Assembly (NCBI GenBank): GCA_043228905.1
Contig: JBHGNT010000124.1
Location: 9,255-73,254, forward strand
Direction of reading: 5' to 3'
From: Azolla caroliniana
Lineage: Eukaryota > Plantae > Polypodiophyta
Length of the DNA: 64,000 nucleotides
Part shown: positions 36,601-47,031 of the stretch, one piece after another
Position numbering within the stretch: position 1 is the first letter of the stretch
Layout of the letters: each line of letters starts with the position of its first letter
Translations under genes and position numbers: made by a program
Notes under the pieces: generated by a model
The model's database searches: none
What the model was told of the DNA's origin: nothing
What the model saw: the letters and a program-made list of their open reading frames with translations, nothing else

Positions 36601-38150
36601 TCACACAGAATCTCAGGCAATGTGGATTATGCTATGCAACGCCGGAGACTACTAAGCATGACCTCTGGTCTTGTCCCTTGGCTCAACAAGTATGGAATAA
36701 AGTTCTTTCTTTATTCCTAACAATCAATGTTGGTTGCTTGTTCTCATGGGGAGCAGCAGTGTGGGGAGTATTACACTCCAGCCTGATGTTGTATGAGGCA
36801 GATGATATGCAAGAGGCCATGACAGCATATAACAGAAGATTGATATCAGTTAGTCCGTTTCAACAACCTCGAAAGCAAATGCGATCTGTCGAGATCTAGA
36901 AAACTGTGACTACGATAACATTATGGGTATTATGGAAATGCAGATGCGGTCGACTTTACAATGCCTCAAAGCTTGGCATTCTAGAGGTATTGCTTGAGAT
37001 ATGGGAAACATTGTTGACAGTAGTTTGTGTGCAGTATAATAACATGGTTGGTTCTCCAGAATATATTCATAAAAGAAGGATGAAGCTTCTTCACTTACGG
37101 AGGAAGGTGCCTCTCTTTGTAATGACAAACCAAAGACCTCAATGGAATTATCATCTTCCATGGACCTTTTCTTGATATAAAACCAACATGTTAATGTATC
37201 ATTTAAGGCTCAACAACCCTATATAAGTTGTTTTTGTATGTACAAGTTTAGGTGTACATACATTACATTGTAAACCTACAAGCAGATAACTTTCACTTGT
37301 ACTTTCTCAATGTTTTAATACTATTGAAGAAAATCTTTCATGGAAAAAAAAAGTACACCTTACTACCATCTAGAATCATTGCCCTATTACGTTCATCAAG
37401 GATTGTACAAACAATAGCTTGAGATGACTTTCCCTCTAGTTGCCTTTTGTCAACCATATGTGCGGCATATACAATAATATCTCGCATAGCAAACTTATCT
37501 TCAAAGAATTTCGTAATATTCTCTCCCAAATGATAATGCATTTCTGTTTTATTCTCTTGCATACCTCTAATGACAATATTATTCTTTCTTCTTTCGATTT
37601 CATTTTGCTCCTTTGCATCTAACACATCCATGGTATTAGAATGCCTTTGCATGATTTTCGGTGTTTCATTTAAGAGAACACATTTCCCCTTTGTCTTGAT
37701 CACATCTTCCCTCCCTTCAATTGTAGATTTTATTTCGGCATTTGCCTTCACCAAAACATCTTTTCCTGTTTCAAGACTCAACATTTTTCTTTCTATTTCA
37801 AGCATTCGATTATCTTGCATTTGAATAGTCATGTTCTTCATTACATGTAGTTCTTCATGCAAAGCTTTAATCTCTAACTTTTGCATTTCCATTGTATGTT
37901 GAAGAGTTAATTCTCTCTCCTTATAACCATACATTTCGCTTTGCATGTGCCTCACTGTCTTTTGCAATGAGATATACATAGCTGCCATCTTTTCCATTGA
38001 CAAAGTATGCATTTGATTGTTTGGACTTTCAATCACGTCATCATTGACTTTTACTCCTCTTGGATCAAATACGTCGTTAATGAGGATTGAACCTATAACC
38101 TCACATCTACAATACATCATGCCTAACCATTTCAATATGAGAGACAAAGA
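30690..38150 (-). mobile_element. Old, internally deleted non-LTR retrotransposon (coiled-coil/RRM-type ORF1 plus APE remnant), split by the L1
   Basis: ORF 37338-38147 is coiled-coil then EQNEIERRKNNIVIRG; it continues past the L1 TSD at 31155 into LKVMFWNCRG...IIFL...DHKPL, the start and end motifs of an AP endonuclease. Confidence 0.7.
31156..37350 (+). mobile_element. Full-length L1-clade LINE, inactivated
   Basis: 16-bp TSD AAGTACACCTTACTAC (31140-31155 and 37351-37366), short poly(A); ORF1 ~31205-32827 with CFRCFGFGHLAKYC; ORF2 32871-37175 with APE (SWNVQGL, GGDFN, LDRFY, SDHDP), RT (DFEKAYD, VRQGCPLA, FADD) and C-terminal zinc finger (CGLC...H...CP). Multiple stops. Confidence 0.95.
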
Positions 38151-38240
38151 AAAAAGAAATTAAAACTAAGAGACCAATTTTGACCTATGGGACCAAAGTA
38201 TACATGTGGTCTTGATATGTGTCTCCTTCCTAAGAAGGGG

Positions 38241-39150
38241 TGTTCATACACTGAAGCACGTGAAGTATAAAATCAAGAGGTGAAAGGTGGGTTTTGAACC
38301 CAAGACACAATGCTTGTAGTGTTAACAACTTACCAGTAGTGAGAGAGAGAGAGAGAGAGAAAGAGAGATTCAATAAGTTATAATATGGCACAACAACTCT
38401 CAACTTCATCTTGGACTAGGTTATAACTTCAGTTTATATATGAACTGAATTAGGACAACTGTCCTTTATAATATTTACATATATGGCCTAAACCTAGTCA
38501 TTCTACTAGGATAGTGTTAATATGTCCATTATAAGTCCGACAATCCCCCGCAATGGGCATATTCAACAAAAATATGTAATCAAAAGAAAAAAGTACAAAT
38601 GTATACAAACGGCTATCAACTGAAAAACAGAAGTTAGATAGGTTGTGCCAATTGTCAAAAACCAATTTCCAGAAGTGTTGAAGCCAATTGTCCAAAATCG
38701 TCCTTATGTCCAACTTAATCAGACTGATTTTTCTTGACACCCATTTGGTGCAGAAGAGATTGGAATTGGTCTACCCGAAGGCACTTGGTCATCTTATCTA
38801 CTACATTATTGTTCGAGCTCTACAATCCTCTATTGCGTCTTCTCCAACTGTTGTGCTGCTTTTATGGCTTTCCATTGGTTCTTGTTTTTTCTCCACCATA
38901 TCCTTGGCACCAATGGTAATCAAGGCGAGCTCCATGTGCACTTCAACCAGTGTTGTGTTGGGGGCGCAGCTCTTTTAGTCGACTCTTCAGGCGCCAACAT
39001 TCCTCTTTTAGCCGACTCTAGTGAAAGGGCCTTCGTCGTCACTCTCGGTCGTCTTCTCCATACCGTTATCGAAAGTTGAATCTTTGTATCAGTTTTGCAA
39101 TCTCCATTTGCTGTAGATTGTCTCCATTACCATTGCCCCAAACTCTAAAC
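38241..39150 (-). mobile_element. Internally deleted Copia remnant with 3' LTR
   Basis: Minus strand PPT GCGGGGGA (38551-38544) then LTR TGTCGG...GAACA (38542-38241); upstream peptides HMELALITIGAKDMV (gag-like) and DKMTKCLRVDQF (RNase H end-like). Confidence 0.5.
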
Positions 39151-39289
39151 CCTAAAGTCTGTATTACATCCATTTTGGCTTATTGCTCTTGCCCTGTTTC
39201 CCTGTAATTGAATCTACAAAACATGAATCCTGAGACGTTCACACACACAAGACGAATGAAGCCATAACCAAAGGGCATGAACAAGCTCT

Positions 39290-39593
39290 AAGCTCGGGCC
39301 ATGATTATTTCCAAGATTCCAAGAAATCTCTCTAATGTGAGAATCATAGAGTTGGACATAGGAGCTCTTGTTGTTAGGAACTAAATAATGCCTAGTGCCT
39401 CCTTTTATAGTGTTCTCAATAATAGTCTTAAAGCTTTTAGAATGGTCCAAAGAAATCTGGAATATACATTAATTTCCTATAATAAAACGTAAATGAAAAT
39501 AATATTTTATGTATTACAATAGATGATATAATGGTCAAGAGCTCAACCCATATAACATAAGGTCATGGGTTCGAGTTTTGCCATATCATGACA
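39290..39593 (-). mobile_element. LTR related to the Tcn1-like LTR 29682-30110, with antisense tRNA-like module at 39518-39583
   Basis: Starts TGTCATGATAT on minus strand; 39388-39580 aligns with 29898-30080. A box TGATATAATGG (39524-39534), AAGGTCATGGGTTCGAG, 33-nt spacing. Left end approximate. Confidence 0.65.
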
Positions 39594-42500
39594 CTAGGTA
39601 TACAAAAACTAAGAAAATTGTATTAACAAGGAGAAACAACCAACAACTACAAAGAAGAGGAGATTCAAGAGCTTATGTAGTCACCTTCTCTCTATATTCT
39701 ATTACTACAACCACCTCTTGGGAAGGAGGTGGAGACTTAACTTCTATGACACATTAGTTATGATACAAAATGGTGGGATGTTTACACACTTGGCTATTCC
39801 TAAGGTGTGTTCCCACAATAAGGAAGTTGAGTTTGATTCTCAACAATATATTTGTGATTATATTTTTCTTAAGCACATAATTACATAACTAAATATATGA
39901 GCCATTTGCAGGTTTATTCTGCCACTTGGCTCGATACAGATTATGTCCTTGGCACAACTCTAAGCAGGTGAAAATGCTCATCTACCATTAGCACCTATGA
40001 AGAAATTATTTTCTGAAAACTGAGCAAAGCATTTGTTGTTTGTAATGACAATACAAATCAATCACTTCATAAGGCTCTTATTGAGCCAATACAAAGACAC
40101 TCAATGTAGGGCCAAGTAGACCACTCATCTCTTGTTACTCAAATTTATGCGTAGAAAATGTTGCCACTATGAAAAATCTTGATCTACTCTCTGGTTTCCT
40201 TGCAAACATGTGAAAACTTCTCATCTTCAACAAAAACAAGAATTTGAAATTTTCGTTTTAAGTGTTATATTTGCAAGAATGGAAATTCAAACTCCCAACT
40301 ACTAAAGATCCCTAGGATCGGAAACCCTTTTCTTAGCTAATGCTTTAGATATGTGTCAAGCCCACAAGAGAACTTAAGTTCTCTTATGGTCAGCCCAAAC
40401 CATTGTGGAGACCCAACCTTCGTGTTTAGTTTTTGTTATTACTCATTGCGTAGAAAAGTCCACATGAAGGAACTCACATATTTCCATCATGGATGGAAAC
40501 AGTGTGTTGGCCATTTGAATCAGTCAAGAGTTCAAATCCTTCGTGCAAAGCTTTTGTACAATGCTTTTCGCGTAAAGCAACTAAATGGCAACAACTATTG
40601 CACAACATGAAGTGCCCTTCTGTTATGTGCCATTGTTTGTAGTGGATGAGGAGGACATTGTTGAACCTCCTGATCACCAAACCCCAACCCAATCCTAGGC
40701 TCTACATCGAGCCTTGGGTTCACATTACTCTTCGTTTCTTTGGCAAATGAAGGAAAAATAAATTCGCAAATACAAGCCCTTCAATTGAAAAGAAAATAAC
40801 GTTTTCCCTAAAATACATTTCTCCTCTTTATATTTATACCTAAACTAACCCACATAAAACTACGCTTCCTCTATTCCAAAAGTTCCTTGGCGCATACCCT
40901 TCTTTTTTCTCTTTGTAAACCATAAAACTCTTCTTTCTCCCCTAAACACAAAAATAGATGCAATGCAAACCAAAAATACAAGTGCGCATTAGACGAAGGA
41001 TAGTATAAAGAGTGAGGGCCTAGCATTGAAATATGGTATAAAGGTAATATCTATAAACCTTTACACCCTTCTCCCAAGTGTTAAAGAGACACTTGTGGAG
41101 GTTCTTTCTCATTATACTCCTTAGAGCTAAACCTTAGTCATTTTCTCTCAAGAGGACATCCTATCCTTGAACAAAGGCCAAGGATAGGATGTCTCTCATT
41201 TTTTATTGACATGCACCAAGGCCACCACTTTTGCCATCAATTGCACACTCACCCAATCGTTGTCTATACCCACCTCACTTTCTACCCTCTTCCCCATTGT
41301 TAGACTTAGTCCAAGTTATACAATGCACATGATCCATTCCTACTTGAGTAGCTAGCCTCCCCAAACCCCCACATGATTCATTCCTTATCCTTGCTCCCAA
41401 CATCCAAGCTTCCATTATCATTTTTTCTCTCCTTCCCATCCTCCTCTCCTCGCCTCTTTTTGAAGGACACTCTTTCCTAATGGGGCCTCAAGTTTAATCG
41501 CAATCGCAACCTATGCATATGTGCACGAGAGTTGGTATTGGCATACCTCCATGATTTTGAGTTCATGTCAAACATAGTTCCTCACGCTCATATCTTAGCT
41601 TTTTGAAGCCTCGCTTCCCCCACTCAACTTCTTTCACTTCACCCACCGATGTAGTCACCTGACACTCCAACACAAATGAAGACTTCTCATGTTTTTAAGA
41701 AACACTTCATCCTCATTGCTATTAAGTTAGTTTAGTTTAGTTTAGTTTAGGTTAAAACATCTTTCTTATATTTGTCGAAATCTTTTTTCATGAGAATTGT
41801 TATTGTTGTTTCTCCATGTCCACTTATAGTGTTTGGCACAAACACTTTATTTGAATGCTTGTGGTATTTATATCAAACCTTAAATTGGAACTTGAGCTAG
41901 ATTTAAGTAGAGGAAATCTCAAAACTATGTGAAATTGTAGTCAATATAAGATATACTATATTGCAATCTTCAAATAACCGTCTTTGACGCTTTCATTGCT
42001 TGAATCATTGAATGTAACATTGCATTGCTTGCATAAGCACTGTATGTTGCAATAATATAGCAACTTCTTTTCGCTACTTCAAAAGTATCTAGCATAATTG
42101 ACAAGAGAATGCAATTTTGTCCTTAGTGACCATGATATTCTAGAAAAATAATTGGAGCTTCATTGTTTAGATGCACAAATTTCTTTATCTAAATTTTGGC
42201 ATTGGCAAATTTTTTTGGAGGCAACATACTCCCAATATAACCGTTGATTATTGGTGAAAAAAACCTAAACACTAACTTTGTTGTGAGATAACATTTTGAG
42301 ATTTTTTTTGTTGGGAAATGATTTGTTGATATATAACATCAAAGACAGAAATGATTTGCTGCAATTTACGCATGAGGCTTCTATATTTGGATGGCTTCTC
42401 TTCTACATGTTGCAAAGTGAAGAACAATAACAAAAGAGAAGGAATTTATAGGCATCCTTTGAGTAGGGGATCAAGGAGATGATTTATGTTTGCAAAACAT

Positions 42501-43264
42501 GACTAAGCCAAGCCTCATGTTAAAGCTTGAAAAACCTTCTACAAAACAACTCATTTTCAGTGCACTTCCTATGGTACATACAATGATCACAATAATACGA
42601 TAGAGTTGCATCTACACATGGTAATTCTGGAACTTCTTGGGGGTGTCAATGCCATTCATTACATACAACAAATGGAGAGTTGGTTTATATAGGGTATTGT
42701 TTCGATATTAAGGGAGGGCAATATGCAACTAGACGGTTAAATGACATTCGAAGAAACAACCTATGGAGAGATAAGGTGATAGAAATGTGAGAGACTTGTC
42801 ATATATACGTATATATAGGCTAAAAATATGATGGTACAAAGGAGTTGAAAACAAGGATCCCATGGACATCAAATCAATTCTGAATAGGCTGCTTACACTA
42901 CAATAGGCTTGTTTCAAACATTCACCAAGAAGTTGTTCAGGCGTTGTTTTGTCCGTGTGAGAAAGAGCCCACTTTCATTCATGTTTCACTTTTCAATGTT
43001 CGGCACTTGTGAGGTTTTCGCTGGGTAATGTCCGGCTATCGACTCTCTTTGTCGGCATACAAAACAGCCTCTTAATGTTAGGAGCCCACTTTCCTTCGCG
43101 TTCCTTACAATGCTCTAGCATGATGAGGCTTCATTAGCTATAGTACATTCCACCTCTCTTGACATATATAAGAGAACCTCTTAATGTTAGGTTCGGATTG
43201 GTAAGTGTGCATCCATGGTGTGGAAAAATGCCTTAAGACTTGTTGTGACAGTGTGAAAAAGGTC

Positions 43265-45817
43265 TCATTGTCTCTTTGATATTGAATACAAGGATGGGAC
43301 ATGAAGAGCTTTCATGGATGTAAAAAAGCCAAGGCAACCCAATAATCCATGCCTATAGGGAAGAAGAGTTCTCTTCTTCATGACCTCAGCTTGTGCCCTT
43401 TGAGAGGATGCATATTGGTGATGAGCACCAGAGAAGAAGATGTGTGGATTGGATTGAGGACTAGACAATGAGGCCCTCTGAGACTCATGTATACCTCCTT
43501 TTCCTTCCATATCCATGTCTTTCATGAATGATCTCTTGTTATCACACACCTGACACATCATGTGTTGCTGGTTTCCATACATCCCACTCTCTTCTTGCAC
43601 ACACTTTCCATCATTCCTATTAGTTCCATGCTCTTTAAGGAGCTCCTCTAGTGTTCTCCTCTTAGGATATACAACTTTCTCTGAGATGTTGTTGTTGTTG
43701 TTGTTGTTGTAGGTGCTACTATAGATCATGTGGCTCTCAAAAGATGGCCTTGGTGGGACCATCATCAAATCATCTATGTGGAACACTCTAAGTGGAGATA
43801 AGGACCTTGCTCTCCTATGCGACTCGCCACGATGCCGGGGCATCGAGCTTGTGTGATTCGAATAGCTGTTTTGTCCATGATTTTGTTGTTCACGGTTAAT
43901 CTTACGCTTACTCGTCATCCCATCATGAAATTCAGGGGCCCTGTTTTTCACTTGATGGGGCATTGTGTATCCACTCATCTCGCCGGATTGTTGTTGATGA
44001 TGATACTGATGAGCATTGCTACACTCTAAGTTACTATGGATGTTGTTCATATCACCATGAGGAGGATCAGGCTTCATATGGCTGCTCTTCAAATCATCAT
44101 GGTCTGGATTGGGCTTCATGTGGATGCCCTTCAAATCACCATGAGAACAATTCGGCTGTGTATCGATGTAATTGTGATGACATCGAGGAGAATTCATCTT
44201 CATGTTGATGTTCTTCACATCACCAAAATGAGGATTAGGCTGCATGTTGATCATGCTTTGAACATCACCATGATACAGTTTGGGCTGAAAATGGAAGCCC
44301 TTTACATCACCATGATAAGGATTGGGCTGCATGTGGATGCTCCTCACATCACTATGATGATGGTTGTGCTGCATATGGATGTCCTTCACTATCCTGCAAT
44401 GATGGTTGGGCTGCATAGAGGTGTTAGTTACATGGCCATGATGAAGATATGGTTGCATCTTGATGTTCTCCCCATTACTATGATCTGGATAGTTCAGCAC
44501 CTTCATATTCCTCACATCACCATGATCTGGATAGGGCAGCATCATGCTTGTCCTCACATCACCATTATGTGGATAAGGGTGCATCTTGATGCTATTTATA
44601 TCATCAAGATGATTCATATTGATGGTGTTCAGATCAATATGATGAGAATTGGCATGCATTTTGATGGTGTTCACTTCATTATGATGAGGATTGGCATGCA
44701 TTTTGATGGTGTTCACATCAATTTGATGAGGATTGGCATGCATTTTGATGCTATTCACATCAATTTGATGAGGATTGGCATGCATTTTGATTCTGTTTGC
44801 ATCACGGCGGTGAGGATTGGCAAGCACTTTCATGTTGGTTGGATCACCATGATGAGGAATGGCGTGCATATAGAAGCTCTTCTCATCATCACTGTGATGG
44901 GTCATGGCTGCATGCATATCCATGCTTCTCACATCATCACCATGGCAGCTCATGGCTGCATGCATATCCATGTTCTTCACAGAATCACCATGACAGCTCA
45001 TGGCTGCATGCATATCCATGTTCTTCACAGAATCACCATGACAGGTCATGGCTGCATGCATATCCATGTTCTTCACGGAATCACCATGAAAAGCAATGGT
45101 TTGCATAGTGATGCCCTTCACATCATCCCTGTGTTGATGATTGGATATATGTACATTCCTCATCTCATTTTGATGATGATTAGGGATCTGAGAAAAGCAT
45201 CTTACCACATGATGTTGTAGTTGTCTCCTTCTTGCCCTGCTTCTCTTCCATATCTCTAAAGCAGTCTCATGGCCATCCTTGGTATCAGTATTAGCAGAGC
45301 TTTCTTGTTGAGAATAACCACAGTTTTCTTGTCTGGAGCCACAACAGTATTTGTGGATGCCATAATCTTCTTCATCATCATCATCATCATTATGAACCTT
45401 TCTTGAGGGCCTGCAACTGGCACCAATCTTAGTACCATAATTAAGTGAGCCAGAATTAACCCCGTTCTCCTGCGGAGCGGGATCGGGACAACCAAATGCT
45501 CTGTTTAGTGGTCTAATTTTGCCATTGTAGAAGAGCTCCTCTGCAGAGCACATGTAGCTAGTATTAATGGCACTACTAAATGCAGCAGTGTTAGAAGAGG
45601 AAGAGGTAGTAGTATTGCCATATCCAACATCAGAAAACCTTGCACTGAAGTCGAAATCGGAGCTGCTACTGCTACTGCTACTGCCTGTAGAATCACGAAC
45701 AAGAATATCTGTAGCAGTAGTAGTGGTATTAGGGCTAGGAGGATTAGAAATTAGGGTTTGGGTGCCATCTTCCTCATCTTGATTTCCTTTGCCATTATCC
45801 TCCAGAGAGCTGTGCAT
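43265..45817 (-). CDS. DUF1645-family protein (850 aa, intronless) with central His/Met-rich tandem repeat domain
   Basis: Motifs DFDFSARF, SAEELFYNGKIRPL, RRARSLSPLR and C-terminal RAQAEVMKKRTLLPYRHGLLGCLGF match my recollection of plant DUF1645 proteins. ATG at 45817 chosen because the upstream frame runs through CT/CA microsatellites. Confidence 0.85.
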   Translation of the reverse strand: MHSSLEDNGKGNQDEEDGTQTLISNPPSPNTTTTATDILVRDSTGSSSSSSSSDFDFSARFSDVGYGNTTTSSSSNTAAFSSAINTSYMCSAEELFYNGKIRPLNRAFGCPDPAPQENGVNSGSLNYGTKIGASCRPSRKVHNDDDDDEEDYGIHKYCCGSRQENCGYSQQESSANTDTKDGHETALEIWKRSRARRRQLQHHVVRCFSQIPNHHQNEMRNVHISNHQHRDDVKGITMQTIAFHGDSVKNMDMHAAMTCHGDSVKNMDMHAAMSCHGDSVKNMDMHAAMSCHGDDVRSMDMHAAMTHHSDDEKSFYMHAIPHHGDPTNMKVLANPHRRDANRIKMHANPHQIDVNSIKMHANPHQIDVNTIKMHANPHHNEVNTIKMHANSHHIDLNTINMNHLDDINSIKMHPYPHNGDVRTSMMLPYPDHGDVRNMKVLNYPDHSNGENIKMQPYLHHGHVTNTSMQPNHHCRIVKDIHMQHNHHHSDVRSIHMQPNPYHGDVKGFHFQPKLYHGDVQSMINMQPNPHFGDVKNINMKMNSPRCHHNYIDTQPNCSHGDLKGIHMKPNPDHDDLKSSHMKPDPPHGDMNNIHSNLECSNAHQYHHQQQSGEMSGYTMPHQVKNRAPEFHDGMTSKRKINREQQNHGQNSYSNHTSSMPRHRGESHRRARSLSPLRVFHIDDLMMVPPRPSFESHMIYSSTYNNNNNNNISEKVVYPKRRTLEELLKEHGTNRNDGKCVQEESGMYGNQQHMMCQVCDNKRSFMKDMDMEGKGGIHESQRASLSSPQSNPHIFFSGAHHQYASSQRAQAEVMKKRTLLPYRHGLLGCLGFFTSMKALHVPSLYSISKRQ
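44035..45190 (-). repeat. Coding minisatellite: ~27 units of 42 bp (14 aa) or 48 bp (16 aa)
   Basis: Units such as PHQIDVNSIKMHAN, PYHGDVKGFHFQPK and MSCHGDSVKNMDMHAA; frame preserved throughout. Confidence 0.92.
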
Positions 45818-45919
45818 TTCTTGGGGTACAGAGAGAAAGAATGGAGGATTCCCAAGAAGCCAAAGAAAAAGAAGCCGATAAGCAGAGATGCAGGCAAAGG
45901 GGTAAGTAATCTCTGCAAG

Positions 45920-45920
45920 A

Positions 45921-45955
<35 letters not shown>

Positions 45956-46090
45956 AGAGGGAGAGGGAGAAGAAACAGTAATTTTAATTGATTGAAGCAG
46001 AGAAAGTGATGGGCTCTCCCCAAGTTTATGTGTGTTGGGCCCAATGTGTGTGTGTGTATTCAAATCTCGAAGAGAAAGAAAGGGATGGGG

Positions 46091-46139
<49 letters not shown>

Positions 46140-46525
46140 AACAGAGAAGAAGAGAGAGAAGGAGAGAGAGTGTGTGTGAGAGAAGGAACAGAGAAGAGAG
46201 AGTGTGTGAATGGTGTGTGTGAGAGTGAACTGAGAGAAGAAGAGAGAGAGAGAAAGAGAGAGAAGGAACAGAGAAGAGAGAGAGTGTGTGAATGGTGTGT
46301 GTGAGAGTGAACTGAGAGAAGAAGAGAGAGAGTGTGTGGATATGGTGTGTGTGAGAGTGAACTGAGAAGGAGAGAGAGAGAGAGAGTGTGTGAGAGAAGG
46401 AACAGAGAAGAGAGAGAGTGTGTGAGAGAAGGAACAGAGAAGAGAGAGAGTGTGTGTATGGTGTGTGTGAGTGAGCTGATAGAAGGAGAGAGAGAGAGAG
46501 AACAGAGAGATAGAAGGAACAGAGT
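45920..46525. repeat. GA/GT-rich micro- and minisatellite upstream of the DUF1645 gene
   Basis: (GA)n runs and repeated GAGAAGGAACAGAGAAGAGAGAG...TGGTGTGTGTGAGAGTGAACTGAGA units. Confidence 0.85.
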
Positions 46526-46976
46526 ATGGTCTTCTTAACTTTTTTTCCTTCTTTCTTTCTTTTATTCTTTTGTCCTATTTCTCTCTATACATATCTAACT
46601 CTAATAGTTAGTGGTAACTGAAGAGGTTCCACCTCCAGTTACCACTTCCTATGGATCCTCAAAAGCTCATTTATCTATCCATCCATCCATCCATGGAGAA
46701 GTTCACGATTCCATCCATGTAGCCTTACATAGCCTTCGATCCGATCGATCGCCTAATGTGTCCTCTCTCTATGCCATAAATGTGTGTTGAAAATCCTCGT
46801 TATGTCTTGCTCGATTGCTCTTTTTGATACTTCGTTTGTAAAGAGACATATAGAGAGAGAGAGGGAGGGAGAGAGAGAACTCATCAATTGTGGGAAAGAT
46901 ATCTTTCTAATGTCCATTGGAGACCAATTATGATCTATGACACAAGTGCCTAGCCCATGGGAAGAGAGAGAGAGAG

Positions 46977-47031
<55 letters not shown>

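Noticed and set aside
38285-38340. Further B-box-like hairpin GGGTTCAAAACCC in the Copia remnant LTR
   Set aside because: A box is poor and it lies in sense orientation near the LTR 3' end, so it was not counted with the U3 modules.
39600-42900. Possible further LTR fragments (e.g. TGTTGAGAATC on minus strand from 39845)
   Set aside because: No paired terminus, TSD, PBS or PPT could be established.
44036-45220. 394-aa antisense ORF over the His/Met repeat
   Set aside because: Coincides with the repeat and is explained by its codon content (CAT/ATG-rich, few TTA/CTA/TCA in that frame); no independent coding evidence.
45818-46063. 82-aa N-terminal extension of the 932-aa ORF
   Set aside because: Starts at a non-ATG codon and runs through CT/CA microsatellites typical of a 5' UTR.
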